Of a stretch of 64,000 nucleotides of DNA, positions 1 to 11,112 are shown one piece after another. The stretch spans positions 94,490,001-94,554,000 of the forward strand of contig NW_024704743.1 in NCBI RefSeq assembly GCF_018977255.1, given 5' to 3'. A model generated the notes under the pieces. The model was not told the origin of the DNA. It searched no databases and worked only from the letters and a program-made list of their open reading frames with translations. The number at the start of each line of letters is the position of its first letter. Position 1 is the first letter of the stretch. Source of the DNA: Callorhinchus milii (Eukaryota). The translations under genes were made by a program, and so were the position numbers.

Positions 1-530
1 CATAAACGATACTATTCCATTCCATTCTGGGGCAAAAAGCTTAGCACTTAGTTAGTGATGATGATCCAAATCTTTCTTACCATCCCTAAGGCATGCTGAC
101 TAGGAGAAGTCATAACAAACCAAATGCCACATAAGGAATGTGAAAACAACATGGAGTAGAGAATTCCCACTGGGACTAATCCACAAAAATGGGACGACCA
201 TCTTGGCAAAAGTAGCAGTGAACTACAGAAGCTCTAAGTGTATTGGAGGGAATTCAGTAGACTTTAAAAGGCCATCACCTAGTCCACACAGCCTTCTGTG
301 TTCCCCTACAAAATGCAGTCGTAACACTTTACAGTATATCCTGGGAACAAGTGCTTTCAATAGTCCTCTAAATCTTTCAAAACTCTTAACAGGATATACT
401 ATAAAATAAAGGCCCATATCAAACAAAAGAATTGTTAAAAGATATTCAAGGGTTATATAAAAGATATTCAATATTATTAAATATGGAACAGGCTTGGAGT
501 TCAGCCTGTATCTGACAGGCTTAGAGTTCA

Positions 531-859
531 TAATAATAATCCTTGCATTTGATATAGCGCCTTATCACATCTTCGAGATGTCTCAAAGTGGCTGTAAAGA
601 ATAGACTCAAATAAACTATAAAGTGAATCAACTATATATTATGTAGGCGAAACATGGCAGCTAATTGCACACAGCAGTGTCCCACAAAGAATCGTGGATT
701 GAGTGACCACATTTTTTTTATATAAAGGGATTATTACCCAGGAAAAGCAATCCGCCAATTGACTAACAACCAGGTTCCTACTTACTGCTGGTAAACAAAG
801 TCGTGTGGAGTTAGAAAACTTGTCATCGTTTCGCCCTGCCAGGAATCGAACCCAAGCCT
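531..859 (-). mobile_element. tRNA-derived SINE, long form, 5'-truncated head
   Basis: (TAA)n tail, L2-type stem-loop tail and body ccaggttcctacttactgct..aaaca shared with 49215-49580; B-box remnant at ~845. Confidence 0.85.
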
Positions 860-1035
860 GACAGGCCTGGATTTCGGCCTGTATCTGACAGGCCTGGAGT
901 TCAGCCAGCCCATAGCCAAGACGAAAATAGCAGACGGGGCCTTTCAGATTGTGACTCAAGAGTCACAGAGAAAAAAAATGCCCCATTGGGGAGGGTCTGC
1001 TATGCCTTCAGAAGCAGAAGCAAAGACCTGCTTAC

Positions 1036-1052
1036 CTTGCAGCATTGCTATC
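1036..1052 (-). CDS. Candidate 17-nt coding microexon (20 nt with the alternative NAGNAG acceptor) continuing the signal peptide: W-I-A-M-L-Q, phase 1 out
   Basis: Minus strand reads gttaattaac..cttgcctttaacagcag|GATAGCAATGCTGCAAG|gtaagc. Joins in frame to the phase-2 donor at 4003 without stops and extends the hydrophobic stretch. Confidence 0.4.
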
Positions 1053-2364
1053 CTGCTGTTAAAGGCAAGCTGATGCAGTTAATTAACTTTTTTTCGATTG
1101 TATTTTCCCAAACTCCAAGGAACTTACATTTTAAAAACCCCCATCCCACATTATCCAAAGGCCATTTTGGTCAAACTAAAAATAACTGACACCTGCTGTT
1201 CAGGTCACACTGACCAATAGCCATAAAAGTCCTCAGGAACCAGAAAATATGGTCATCACCAGCCTAACAGATAATAATCCATCCATTTGATATACTGCCT
1301 TTCACGATAGGCAGACATCCCAAAGCGCTTCAAAGGATTTACTGTAAAGTATTGTGACAGTGTATTTTGCAGGCAAACAAATGTTTGCACATGCCAAGTT
1401 TCATACTTTTAAATAGAATCAACATAAGTTTGGCTCAGTTAGTGTCTTGACAAAGGGTGGGGGGTGGTGTGGTGGGTGGGGGGGGTCTCTTCTGGAATTC
1501 TTTATTCCCCAAAAAGTACTCACTGAACAAGAATGAATCGTCGTCGTTGGTTGAACAGCCTGTTGACATCCACTGTCAAGACTTGTAAATAATCATGAAA
1601 ACGTCCTTTTTGGCTTTGATATCAGCCAACTACCTTGCCATTATAGAATCAAGCAGAAGGGAGGGGAGGAAAAAAAGGTAATATGAGGGAAAAAATACCC
1701 GAGCACACTTGCTGCATCTTCTATATAAATCAGCTTGTAATAAGTCTGTGGAGCAAAATTAAGAGGTTCAGGTAATGTCATTAACCACAAGAACAAAGCT
1801 CAAGCTGTTCATGACATCATTCAAAACCTAAGAATACAGGAAAACCTTGAGAGCTAACCAGACCATCTTAAACACAATAAGGTGAAAAACATACAAAAAA
1901 TACAGTAATAAGCCATTGAATAGGATATTTATCTAATTCATAAATAGGATGGTTATTTGGTTCCACTCCCCTTTAAGGAATTCCATATTCAATGGTTTAA
2001 GATTGAGAAATCTATAGCTACGAAGGGTAGTGCAAAGCATGATCTGGTGATAAAATCTTAAGTTAATTATCTACTGTACTTTAAGTGGACCATTATGAAT
2101 GTGGAGGGTTCTAAAATACATCCCACTTCTTTCTGTGCAGTGGATTTCCCAAGTTGGTTTGTCTGCCACTTTGAAAATCCCATTAGTTGGATTTAAATTA
2201 AAAATGATGGATCACCTCCCCCAATAAATCAGCGAGTTCATTCAATGAACACCCGAGCCAGAGCCCTGTACTGTACTGCTGAAGACAAGGCTCCAGCAGT
2301 TAATAGGGAATATTTTAAACAAATAAAGTCATTGAACACAGTCTTATGGATAGCTTTAAGTTGG

Positions 2365-2700
2365 TCTTAACAGACCCCTTTAACAGGGGAAGGTGCCAAA
2401 TTCCACCCCATGACTGCTCTGAGTTGACTTATTTCAGTCAGGAGTGGAGTGGTACAATTGGTTGCAATGCCCCAAGCTAGAGAAGGCAAAACCCGCCAGG
2501 ATTCTGGCTCCGAGGAATTATACCATTGCAGGAGGTGAGTGCATGGGAAAGCCAGGTGAGAATAAATCAAGCTCAGCTGCAAATTCCCTTCCCCACCACC
2601 CCCATCCACAAGTTGAATGACACTTGGTCAAGGCTATCAAATGAAGAAGACACTTGGGCATGGAATCATACATCAGTAGGAGGGGAAAAAACAGAGTAAA
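2365..2700 (+). mobile_element. Ancient SINE relic, AmnSINE2-like
   Basis: Colinear degenerate similarity to 15735-16115 (ctgagtt..tcag..acaattgg..ggtgaga..tgaagaa..acttggg). Family name is from recalled resemblance. Confidence 0.5.
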
Positions 2701-2921
2701 ACACCTTGAGATGGGGATAGGAAAATCATATGGAACAATAGTGATCCAACAAATGTATGAGTAACTTGCCAGGAAAGTAGTTTAAAATTTCTAACACCCT
2801 AAGTTTTTGGAACTGTTAATACAAGAATATAAATTTAAAAGTTCTCGTTGCCAGCTAACGTCACTATTGTGTTTGAGTAAGACGTTAATTTTAGTACCTG
2901 TGTTTTACTGATAATACACCA

Positions 2922-3832
2922 TAAAAAATTACATTTGTAAAACACTTTTCACCTCAGGAGGATGTCCCAATGCGCTGAACAGTCAGGGATTTGGACTTGA
3001 GCTGGGGGATAGGATCAGGGAGGGTGGAGGGCAGGGAGGCTGACCAAAGGCTCAGTCAAAGAGGAGGGTTTTGAGACGCGCCTTGAAGGAAGTAAGGGAG
3101 GGAGCAAGGCAAGGGAATGTGGGATGGAGTTCCGTAGGGTGGCGGCAGAGAGATGAAGCCCAACTGCTGATGGTGGAGCAGACCAGAGCCTGTTCCATGG
3201 AGGGAGCGGACAGGTTGATATGGGGTCAGAAAGTCAGAGGTAGGAAGGAGCAAGACCATGAAGGGCCTTGAAGGCAAGGATGAGGATTTTGAACTTTATC
3301 CTCTGGGGGATGGGGAGCCAGTGGAGCCGGGTGAGGGTGGGGTGATGGGTCATGGAGGACACGAGCTGCAGAGTTCTGGATGATCTGCAGCCTATGGAGG
3401 GAGGACCTGGGAAGGCCAACAAGCAGGGAGTTGGCATAGTCAAACCTAGATGTAATAAATGCGTTTATGAGGGTTTACGAGGGTTAAAGCAGTGGTGGAT
3501 CCAGGTGATGTTGCGGAGGTGGGGGAAGGCAGAGCGGGTCATGGCGCAGATGTGAAGTAGAAAGGATCGTTGAGGGTCAAACAAGACCCCAAGGTTCCGG
3601 ACTGGCTCAGTGAGGTGGAGTGTGCAACCATGGATGGGGATGCTGTCAGTGCCTGGGGTGAGGAGCCGCTGACGGGAGCCAAGCAGGAGGGCCTCGGTCT
3701 TGTTGACGTTCAACTGTAGAAAGTTAGCTCTCATCCAGGACTTGATGTCTGACAGACATTCTGTCAGGACAGCAGTGGTCCTGGAGTCGAGGGTGGAAGC
3801 AGTTAGAGTTGGGTGTGATGCGCATACATATC
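2922..3832 (-). mobile_element. L2-clade LINE 3' fragment
   Basis: Translates to MRANFLQLNVNKTEALLLG..VRNLGVLFD and [31 protein letters not shown], typical of the L2 ORF2 C-terminus; 3' tail motif present. Confidence 0.93.
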
Positions 3833-4002
3833 TCTCGTGAATTCACACTGAAGGAAGGTTGACTTAGTTAACCATTTTATATGTCATTGAAAATCCAAGA
3901 AATTATCTAATTACACCTGAAATGTTGAAAAGCGATCATTCGACTGCACACTCGAACTGATTGTCTGATCCCTCTTCCTAAATAAATGTACTACAGCCTT
4001 AC

Positions 4003-4055
4003 CAGACTATATGTAGTATTATGGTACCCAAAAGATTAAAACAGTTCTGCGACAT
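4003..4055 (-). CDS. Candidate first coding segment of an unidentified minus-strand gene (MSQNCFNLLGTIILHIV + TG, phase-2 donor); signal-peptide-like
   Basis: ATG at 4055-4053, open to a strong donor CTG|GTAAGG (plus strand cttac 3998-4002). Hydrophobic LLGTIILHIV, in-frame stop upstream of the ATG, unique CpG-retaining sequence just downstream of a CpG island. Confidence 0.5.
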
Positions 4056-4232
4056 AAATTGAAAAGAAGCGGTGATGTAGCCTGATATCTCGCCTGGAAA
4101 TTTTCATAGCAGTGGCGGTGGGAGGAGGAAACTTCAGTAGACTTTAAGCTGCATTTGCAAAAAGAACCGGTCACAAAACGTGACCGACTGAACACGATTC
4201 CTGCAACATCAGCTTGAAAGTCAAACAGTGCT
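4056..4232 (-). other. Probable 5' UTR part of the ATG-containing exon (alternative upstream acceptors at 4643 and 4675)
   Basis: Minus-strand acceptor tgctttttcttttgaaccgcag| ends at 4233. Further acceptors attttattttgcag| (4644) and tctcttttctacaag| (4676). Region 4.05-4.7 kb keeps many CpGs, unlike its flanks. Confidence 0.4.
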
Positions 4233-6013
4233 CTGCGGTTCAAAAGAAAAAGCAGCATCTCAGGGAGGGGTTTGCTTGCAGTGTTGAGGGAGACGGTGTG
4301 GGAGTGATGCACTGACTGCAAGTGGCATGCGTAGGCATAACATTCAATTGCCAGCATCACCGGTGAATCACCCAATGAATTTTCAGTGATGTAATCCCTG
4401 CCACACTTTTGGGAGCACACACGGTATTCGACCATCCACTGCAGATGGCGGAAGCTGCAGGAGATGTGCAGACGTGATTTATGGACAGCTGTCTCCAGTC
4501 GGCTGTGAAATGTGTTATTCGGGATTGCGGGCAATGGGCTGACTATTGCAAGGGCGATGTTAACGGGCATTCGTACAGTTAATGTCATCGTGAGAGAGAA
4601 CTCATTTAAAATGTTGTCATTTCGCTTGGATTATGATGAAGGGCTGCAAAATAAAATGCACAATGCGGGCGGCTTCTTGTAGAAAAGAGATAATCCGGAG
4701 TTCGTAATTGTACTGTTGCGATGTGCAATGGAAAGCAATAGCTAAAAACACCCGACCCTCAGTCCCAATCTGACCCTATTCTCAGGTGACTTTCAATTCA
4801 GATTGAACATTAGAAAAATCAAAGGCAATAGTGTAATATCTCATGTTATTGTTATTATTATTATTTATAATCCAGGATTTATAACAGAAATGAGCACACA
4901 CACACAACACACACACACAACACTCTTCTTACATCATACTACATTATATATTATGTTGTGTCACAAAGGTAGCAAATGCAGCAAATTAAATACAGAATTG
5001 TTCTGCAAGATATACTATTACAGATTATCAGTAAACGCCTGAAACCTAAATCCATCTTCTACTGTAACCGATTGACCTCCATGTTCATGATTTTATGCTT
5101 TTAGATTTGCCTCCAGTCGCAGTTTTTTTTTCTTTTTTTGCAAAACGTCATTAGTTGGATCTTTATTTGTAGGTATTAACAGGAATAAACGCGTTCAGGT
5201 TCATTGACACAGTCGATGTGGGGGAAATGTTCTAAAAGTCTGCAATGTTCTCCTTCTGCATCAAAGCTGTCTACCAAACAATACCAAACAAGTCAGGAAG
5301 TTATTTGAAATAATTGTCATGTGAAAAGTGAAAATAAATAAATAATGCTCAAAAGTTAGTACGTCTGTGTGGCACACGCTACAGGGACCGCTGAAACTTT
5401 TGAGTTGGTCAACTGATCACTCACAGTGTATCAGACACATCTGTGCAGAGTGTTTAGATGAACTTTTGAAACTATTGCAGCAATGTTTCGAAATGCATAG
5501 GTATATGCACCGACATAGATTTAAATACTTCTTGGCAGAATATACACCATATTCTAAAAGGACACAATATAAGGTATGCATCTCGTGCTTTTCAATGGTC
5601 AAAGTTTTGGAAAGAGACCCACACACTGACAGACTGTGTGCACTTATGAGAACATGAACATGGTTTGAACCCTTTGAAACAAACGCTGCATATGGGGCTT
5701 CAACTGACCGCTGACCTGCTTCTGGTTTGCACCTTCGGGAACGGTGTGGCTTCCCACACGTGTGAAGAAACTGCGACATCGACAGCTTCACACACAAAAA
5801 AAACCAAAAGGTGGTTGCACGAGAAACATTTATAACCCAAACCGTGAGAACCCGAGTCGAGGCGAGTCGAGTGCGATGTGACCTTCTCACCAGATAGGTC
5901 TGACCCACCCACTGACTTGATCTTCAAGATCCTGCCCGTTCAAAGCCTCGCTATTTTGGCCGAAGGATTGCATCTGCTCTGGTTGCAGCAGAGCTCGGTG
6001 TGTGCTCTCTCTG

Positions 6014-6034
6014 GTGTGTGTGTGTGTGTGTGTG
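6014..6034 (+). repeat. (TG)n microsatellite
   Basis: Directly visible run of gt repeats. Confidence 0.95.
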
Positions 6035-6242
6035 TCTCTCTGCTGTGTGCACCAGCAGACCCGGCCTCGGAACATCCCCCCCAATACCCACGCACTCACC
6101 GCCGGGTTTGGTTAAAATCTGCACCGCAACGGGCAGAAGAGGAGCCCGGATTGACATTAAATGCACACTGCAGTGGGCTGCAATGCCAGCCCTGGGGCTT
6201 TCACTGCAATAAAACACCAGAATGCATGACTCCCAACAGAAC

Positions 6243-6260
6243 GGGGGGGGGGGGGGGGGG
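6243..6260 (+). repeat. G18 homopolymer
   Basis: 18 consecutive G. Confidence 0.95.
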
Positions 6261-6478
6261 ATATGTCGAACTGGCGGTACCGTCAGGATCGCAGAGATCT
6301 GCAAGTGTGGTGGGGGGGGATGCTCAGCCAGTTGCGGGGACTGAAACTTCACCAGCAATATTTACGTTGCACCGAATAATAAACGGTCTTACCTGGGAGC
6401 TACATCTCCTCGGGGTCATGCAGCTTCTTTACGCGCAGATTTGTTTCGAGCAGCAACAATGCACAGACACTCACTCAC

Positions 6479-6790
6479 CAAATGTACCGCCGGCGAACGT
6501 CTGCGGCAAAGGATCGGCATTTGCACATACGCTTCTCACTGTACTTCGGTTCGTTTGTAATCCCCAAGTGCAGCGGCGTCAGAACATGTCCGAATCAAAA
6601 TAAAACGCCCGCGAGCAAAATAAACCCGTGTCACAGACCGGCGCGGAGCTGCAGCCCCGGTGGTGGCGGTGGCGGCGGCGCCGGGTTCCCACTGACTGAC
6701 TGACTGACTGAGGTGAGGGCTCGTGATTCAGCGCATCCTTCACAGCTGTGTGTGTGCGGAGCCCAGAGCACGAGCAGCGCCTCTCCGGCC
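6479..6790 (-). other. Candidate non-coding first exon (upstream boundary uncertain, may extend to ~7560)
   Basis: Donor TTG|GTGAGT at 6478-6473, preceded on the minus strand by GC-rich UTR-like sequence. Other minus-strand donors end exons at 6393 (CAG|GTAAGA), 6100 (GCG|GTGAGT) and 5891 (CTG|GTGAGA). Confidence 0.45.
6691..6711 (+). repeat. (ACTG)5 tetranucleotide repeat
   Basis: actgactgactgactgactga. Confidence 0.95.
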
Positions 6791-7520
6791 ACTCACTCCC
6801 TCCCTCCCTCCTCCTCCCTCTCTCCCTCCCTCACTGCCCTCAGGCTGCACCTCACTCCCTCCTCCTCCCTCTCTCCCTCCCTCACTGCCCTCAGGCTGCA
6901 CCTCCCTCCCTCCTCCTCCCTCTCTCCCTCCCTCACTGCCCTCAGGCTGCACCTCACTCCCTCCCTCCTCCACTCCCTCCCTCCCTCACTGCCCTCAGGC
7001 TGCACCTCCCTCCCTCCCTCACTGCCCTCAGGCTGCACCTCCCTCCCTCCCTCACTGCCCTCAGGCTGCACCTCACTCCCTCCCTCCTCCACTCCCTCCC
7101 TCCCTCACTGCCCTCAGGCTGCACCTCCCTCCTCCACTCCCTCCCTCCCTCACTGCCCTCAGGCTGCACCTCCCTCCTCCACTCCCTCCCTCCCTCACTG
7201 CCCTCAGGCTGCACCTCCCTCCCTCCCCTCCTCCACTCCCTCCCTCACTGCCCTCAGGCTGCACCTCCCTCCCTCACTCCTCCACTCCCTCCCTCCCTCC
7301 CTCACTGCCCTCAGGCTGCACCTCCCTCCCTCCCTCCTCCACTCCCTCCCTCCCTCACTGCCCTCAGGCTGCACCTCCCTCCCTCCCTCCTCCACTCCCT
7401 CCCTCCCTCCTCCACTCCCTCCTCACTGCCCTCAGGCTGCACCTCCCTCCTCCACTCCCTCCCTCCCTCCCTCCCTCCCTGCCCTCAGGCTGCACCTCCC
7501 TCCCCTCTCTCCCTCCCTCG
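6790..7520 (+). repeat. Composite minisatellite: 14 copies of core (CTCA)CTGCCCTCAGGCTGCACCTC separated by variable (CCCT)n/CCT/CACT linkers
   Basis: AGGCTGCA counted at 6842, 6893, 6944, 6997, 7030, 7063, 7116, 7161, 7206, 7256, 7313, 7366, 7434 and 7487; periods 33-68 nt. Confidence 0.97.
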
Positions 7521-8516
7521 GCTTCCTCCCCGCTAATCCCCACCGGCTCCAGACGCCGCCGCTGGAGCTGCCCAGCAGCCACTTTTTTAAAGCTTTGCAG
7601 CCGAGCTGAGCCGAGCCGAGCCGTTGGTTGGCAGTGGGGTTCCCTCCCCAGCAACCGGTTTATTTGCCACCTTCAAACCTGGGGGCTGAGATAACCCCCC
7701 GACCCTTAACTTAAAAGGTTTGAGCCGGACCACCGCACACCTCCAACGCATTTGCTTCGGGTTTGGGTTGAGGGCAAAGGTGCAAATGCCTTCCTGTAAG
7801 CCTGGCTTGGCCCTCTGAATGTCCTGGGCTTGGCTTGGGTGAAGTTTAGATGCAATCGGTACATGTCCTGGAAGGGTGAGGTGCCCTCTGTTGCAAAGGG
7901 CTGGAGATTTATTAAAGAATTGCATTTCAAACTCCCATCAGGTTATTTGGACAAAATCGTGTTCCCTTTCCAGTTTTCAGGTAAAGTGGCTGAAGTAATG
8001 GTTGGTTCTACAGGATTTTTTTTTGAGTGTTTGTTTGTGTGCCTGGGAGCAGGGTCAGTGTTGTGTATAACGGTGAGCAAAGCATGACAGACTGTCTCTC
8101 CAGTGACAGGAGAATGAATAAGGAGAGAAAGGTTTGAGGGTATCAAAAGAAAGACAACCGAGAGGGAAGACACCAGAGACACAAGAGTGAGGTAGAAATA
8201 ATGAATGAGAGAGAGAGAGAGTGATTCCAGAGAGTGACGAAGAAGACACCAGAGAAAAAATAGTGAGAGAGACCTTTTTAAGAGGCAGCAGAGGGAAAGA
8301 CTCGAGGCGGAGATGGAGGTGAGGGAGAAAATCAAAGTCAGAAAATTCCCAAAGACAAATGACTCCAAATGACAAAATATGGTGAAGATAGTGGGTTACG
8401 ATAATATTGCAATCATCTTTGGAAATGGAAATTGGGCCAAAGGGTTGGATGCTGGTGAGTGGTAGCTGTTCAAAAAAAGGACAAAAGATGAGGCATGTAC
8501 AATAGGGTGCAGTAGG

Positions 8517-8765
8517 GCCTTCCGCCACTCCATCCCGCAGTCACTCCGTCTCACCCCCTCCCTCGCCACCTTCAAGACCCACCTCAAGACCCTCCTCTTC
8601 GACCGTGCTTTTGATTTCCCTGCTTCCCCCCCCTGCTCTCCACCCTCCCCCACCCCGACCCCCAGCTCAGGTCCGTAACTCTGTCTGTACAGCGTCTTGG
8701 GACGTCTTCCCGATGTGAAAGGCGCATATATAAATGTAATTTTGTTGTTGTTGTTGTTGTTGTAG
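8517..8765 (+). mobile_element. L2 3' end
   Basis: FKTHLKTLLF-coding segment; tail gggacgtcttcccgatgtgaaaggcg followed by (TTG)n. Confidence 0.9.
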
Positions 8766-8949
8766 AGATCCTGACATCCACACTAATTGTGGCCAACCTC
8801 ATTGAAAACATTGCCAAATGAAGCATTGAAAACAATGTGGCTATCAGGTTTCTGTTGGTTTGTGGAATTCTCTTTCTCTCTCCATGCACTTATCCCCAAC
8901 CCAGTTTCTGGGATCGCCAAGCCTCAGCTCTTGCCAAACTACACCTACC

Positions 8950-10080
8950 ACAACAACAACAAGATTGCATTTATAGAGCGCCTTTCACATCGGGAGGACG
9001 TCCCAAGGCGCTGGACAGTTGGGTCGGGACCCGAGCAGGGGGGAAATGGTCAGGGTGAGGGGAGGGAAGGGAGGGAGGGAACGAGGAGGGGGTAGAGAGT
9101 CGAGAGGGGAGCTGAAGACACGGTCAAAGAGAAAGGTCTTGAGACCGGCCTTGAAGGAGGAAAGGGAAGAAGCGGCGAAGGTACTGGGGGATGGAGTTCC
9201 AGAGCCTCGGGGCTGAGAGGCTGAAGGCCCGGCCACCGATGGTAGGGCGGTTGGGGCGGGGGATGTGGAGCAGACCAGAGCCAGAGGAACGGAGGGTACG
9301 GGCAGGTAGGTAGGGGGATAGTAGGTTGGAGAGGTAGGAGGGAGCAAGGCCGTGACTGGCCTTGTAGGTGAGGATGAGGATCTTGAAATCAATCCTCTGG
9401 GGGATGGGGAGCCAGTGGAGGCGAGCGAGGGTGGGAGTGATGTTGTCGCGAAGCCTGGTGCGGGACAGTACACGAGCTGCAGAGTTCTGAATGACCTGCA
9501 GCTTGTGGAGGGAGGTGCCGGGTAGGCCGGCGAGGAGAGAGTTCCCATAGTCCAGCCTTGAGGTGATAAAGGCATGGACCAGTGTTTCAGCAGCGTGAGG
9601 GGTGAGGTAGTGCCGTAGTCTGGCGATGTTCTAGAGGTGGTGGAAGGCGGTGCCAGTTGTGGTGCAGATGTGGGGAAGAAAAGACAGCTCAGGGTCGAAC
9701 AAAACGCCGAGGTTCCTGACTGGCTTTGAGAGGTGGAGAGTGCAGCCTTGGATGCTGATGCTGTCAGCGCCTGAGGTGCGGAGACGCTGACGTGAGCCAA
9801 TCAGGAGGGCCTCGGTTTTGTGCACGTTGAGCTGGAGAATGTTGCCTCTCGTCCAGGACTCGATGTCAGACAGGCAGCTGTCAGGACATCGGTGGTCGTG
9901 GAGTTGAGGGTAGAAGAGGAAAGGTAGAGTTGGGTGTCATCCGCATACATGTGGAAGTTAACCCCACGTCTGCGGATGATGTCACCAAGGGGGAGCATAT
10001 AGAGGGTGAAGAGGAGGGGACCGAGGACAGAGCCCTGAGGGACACCGCACGAGACAGTGCGGGGGCCGGAGGAAAAGCCT
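8950..10080 (-). mobile_element. Young L2 copy, 5'-truncated, inserted in an older plus-strand L2 tail
   Basis: RT motifs PQGSVLGP and MYADDTQLY. Near-identical to 21750-23197. The host tail resumes at ~10083-10140. Confidence 0.95.
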
Positions 10081-10769
10081 AATCAGCGGTCCAAGATGCT
10101 GCCCCACGTGAAGGGCACTATATAAATGCAAGTTGTTGTGTAAATCAAAGCCCTGATGGATATGGTGTTCCAGCTGGATAACTTGCTAGATAGTACTCTC
10201 AACGGCAAGCTATGTGGTTTTACCTGGTTAGACTCCAGCGGTACCTCAACACACACTCTGGGGTCACCAGGCCTTGGCTCTTGCCAACTTGCTCCCAATA
10301 ATTTCTGGAATTAGGTAAGCGTCCCTCCAGGGAGAGAGTACACATTCCAACAACCTATCTCTGGAATTTCCATGTGTAGGTGGGATGCATAGACATCTCA
10401 CCTTGATTTGGATACACTTAAGCATGGTGCTGGGTTTCCATACGTGTCTGGCTGACCAAAAATTGATCAGATCTACTCACCTTGCATTGGTTGAGTAAAA
10501 TCACAAAACTAATAAAAATGCTGCCTTTGCAGATTAACTAATTCCACATTTGACGCTCAGTGTGGATCAAAGGATATGCGGTTATCCAGTTTGCAAGTCA
10601 GCAGCTGTCTACTGTATAATGATAAGCATGTCTACGTTTACTGCTCAAACCAAATTAGGGTTAAAGGAAACTGTGAGGAATAACGTGCTCCATTTAGAAG
10701 TAGTAAAAAACTAAGACAAACAAAAGATAACTAGGATACAGATCTTTGAAGGTGGGAGTACAGATTAGA

Positions 10770-11112
10770 AAGAACTCACATTTTTATAGCACTTTATTAT
10801 GTCAAAAAGAGTTTCATGGGTAATTGCTGTCAAGTGAAGTAACTATTGTTGTAGCCTAATGTAGCAGCCAGCTAGTCCTATAAACTGTCATAAAATAAAT
10901 GACCAAATAGTTTGCAGATTATATATAATATTCACCTGAAGAGGCAGATAGGATATTGCTTAGATGTCTCACCTGAAGGATGGCATTTCTTACAATGCAA
11001 CAAATACCCAGGTCTCTGCTACAGTATCAGTTTATGAGTTGAAGTCCTAATGTATGGTTCAAATCAACAATATTTGACCAGAGACAAGAGTGCTACCAAT
11101 TGAGCCAAGCTA
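10770..11112 (-). mobile_element. Deu-domain SINE, degenerate
   Basis: Reverse complement of the gccatccttcaggtgagac core and of the tggctcaattggtagcactcttg head seen in the plus-strand copies. Confidence 0.7.

Larger units (their letters stand above)
5700..7760. promoter_or_regulatory. CpG island / promoter of the minus-strand gene
   Basis: Marked rise in GC and CpG (ggcggcggcgccggg, gcgcggagc, agccgagccgagccg) against an AT-rich, CpG-poor background. No interspersed repeats. TATA-like TTTAAAAAAG on the minus strand at 7591-7582. Confidence 0.8.

Noticed and set aside
4019..4588. 189-aa minus-strand ORF
   Set aside because: No recognisable domain, and it stops before the splice donor. Better read as leader or intron sequence, though it could be a long uORF.
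5878..6603. 241-aa plus-strand ORF
   Set aside because: It runs through (TG)n and G18 tracts in a GC-rich island, starts at a non-ATG codon and shows no protein-like features.
6790..7520. CRISPR-like look (constant repeat plus variable spacer)
   Set aside because: The spacers are CCCT-type low-complexity variants of each other rather than unique sequences; there are no cas genes and the context is vertebrate.
6713..7694. Long ORFs of 262-323 aa in all three plus frames
   Set aside because: They are open only because the pyrimidine-rich minisatellite lacks stops; the translations are repetitive P/S/L.
7943..8528. Hydrophobic Leu/Ser-rich minus-strand ORFs
   Set aside because: They are the antisense reading of a GA-rich low-complexity tract.
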